Shown here one piece after another: positions 25,009 through 25,700 of a stretch of 25,700 bases of DNA; the stretch's first letter is position 1; every line of letters starts with the position of its first letter. The notes beneath the pieces are model-generated. The model had not been told where the DNA came from and made no database searches. It was given only the letters and a program-made list of their open reading frames with translations. Made by a program: the position numbers and the translations under genes. The DNA comes from an uncultured bacterium (GTDB lineage Bacteria; Abyssobacteria; SURF-5), in contig CAZSKP010000028.1 of the NCBI GenBank assembly GCA_964607485.1, positions 38,087 through 63,786 of the forward strand. Reading direction: 5' to 3'.

Positions 25009-25419
25009 CTACCTAATGGGGTGGAATTTTGGGAGGGAGATGTCGCCGGTGATGTCCTCGAAGGTTACTTCGACAGGCATGCCGATGCGGACATCTTCGG
25101 GTTCGACGTCCACAATGTTCGACATCATTCGCGGGCCTTCGGCGAGTTCGATGATTGCGACGACATACGGAACATCCGGAGCAAAGGCCGGGCCGGGCGG
25201 CCGGTACACTATGCTGAACGTGTGAACCGTCCCCTTCCCTTCGGCCTCTATCCATTCTATGTCTTCCGACAGGCAATCGGGACAGAACTTGTTCGGAAAG
25301 AAGAAGACTGTGCCGCACGCACGGCATTTCGGCAAGAGCAGTCTATGCGCCTTGCACCCGTTCCAGTATTCCCGCGCATTCTCGCTCACTTCGGGAATCG
25401 GCTTCATGTATTCGGTCAT
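25009..25419 (-). CDS. DUF35 zinc-ribbon/OB-fold protein (thiolase partner)
   Basis: YWNGCKAHRLLLPKCRACG, FCPDC, GTVHTFS, PYVVAIIELAEGPRMMSNI, IGMPVEVTF. Confidence 0.93.
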   Translation of the reverse strand: MTEYMKPIPEVSENAREYWNGCKAHRLLLPKCRACGTVFFFPNKFCPDCLSEDIEWIEAEGKGTVHTFSIVYRPPGPAFAPDVPYVVAIIELAEGPRMMSNIVDVEPEDVRIGMPVEVTFEDITGDISLPKFHPIR

Positions 25420-25626
25420 GAGTAGTCCTTTGCGAGCAGCATTGCAGTGACGGAGGAGAATATCCCACCGACGCCGCTTACGAATCCCACGCCTGCGCCT
25501 TCGACCTGGCGCTCGGGCTCGACCTCGCCGCGAAGCTGTCTGACGGCCTCGGTGATGTGGAATATTCCCGACGGCAAGCCGGGATGACAGTGCGAGAGAC
25601 AGCCGCCGTGCGTGACTATCGGCAGC

Positions 25627-25628
<2 letters not shown>
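25416..25628 (-). CDS. SCP2-type thiolase-like protein, C-terminal fragment
   Basis: Manual translation PLPIVTHGGCLSHCHPGLPSGIFHITEAVRQLRGEVEPERQVEGA...LLAKDYS*; the stop overlaps the DUF35 ATG. Confidence 0.88.

Positions 25629-25700
<72 letters not shown>

Overview
Bacterial chromosomal window, about 25.6 kb of real sequence plus a terminal poly-G artefact. The gene content suggests an anaerobe or facultative anaerobe; the taxon cannot be fixed from sequence alone. Left to right: a partial TMTC-like (GT-C) membrane glycosyltransferase missed by the ORF track; an operon under a perfect sigma70 promoter encoding an acidic protein with an apparent His-less HPt-like bundle, a MinD/FlhG-type ATPase and a non-RD Ser/Thr kinase; ldh; an AbfD/HpaB-family flavoprotein lacking the Fe-S cysteines; an OYE-like flavin oxidoreductase; a nitrilase-like glutaminase/nadE/rsmI operon; a stand-alone PilC-N-terminus-like protein; an orphan NtrC-type activator followed by paired candidate enhancer sites, a sigma54 promoter and a small operon (YkoF-like, four-Cys protein, truncated CoxM-like remnant); a class III aminotransferase; two 2-hydroxyacyl-CoA dehydratase subunits; tag; a TPR protein; a zinc-ribbon gene with an in-frame TAG; a VOC protein; a patatin gene bracketed by direct repeats; a second GT-C protein; a decayed toxin-antitoxin pair; and a DUF35/thiolase pair. 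Intergenic spaces hold several unrelated REP-like palindrome families. No rRNA, tRNA, CRISPR array or intact transposase was seen. All family calls are by-eye motif recognition, not database searches.
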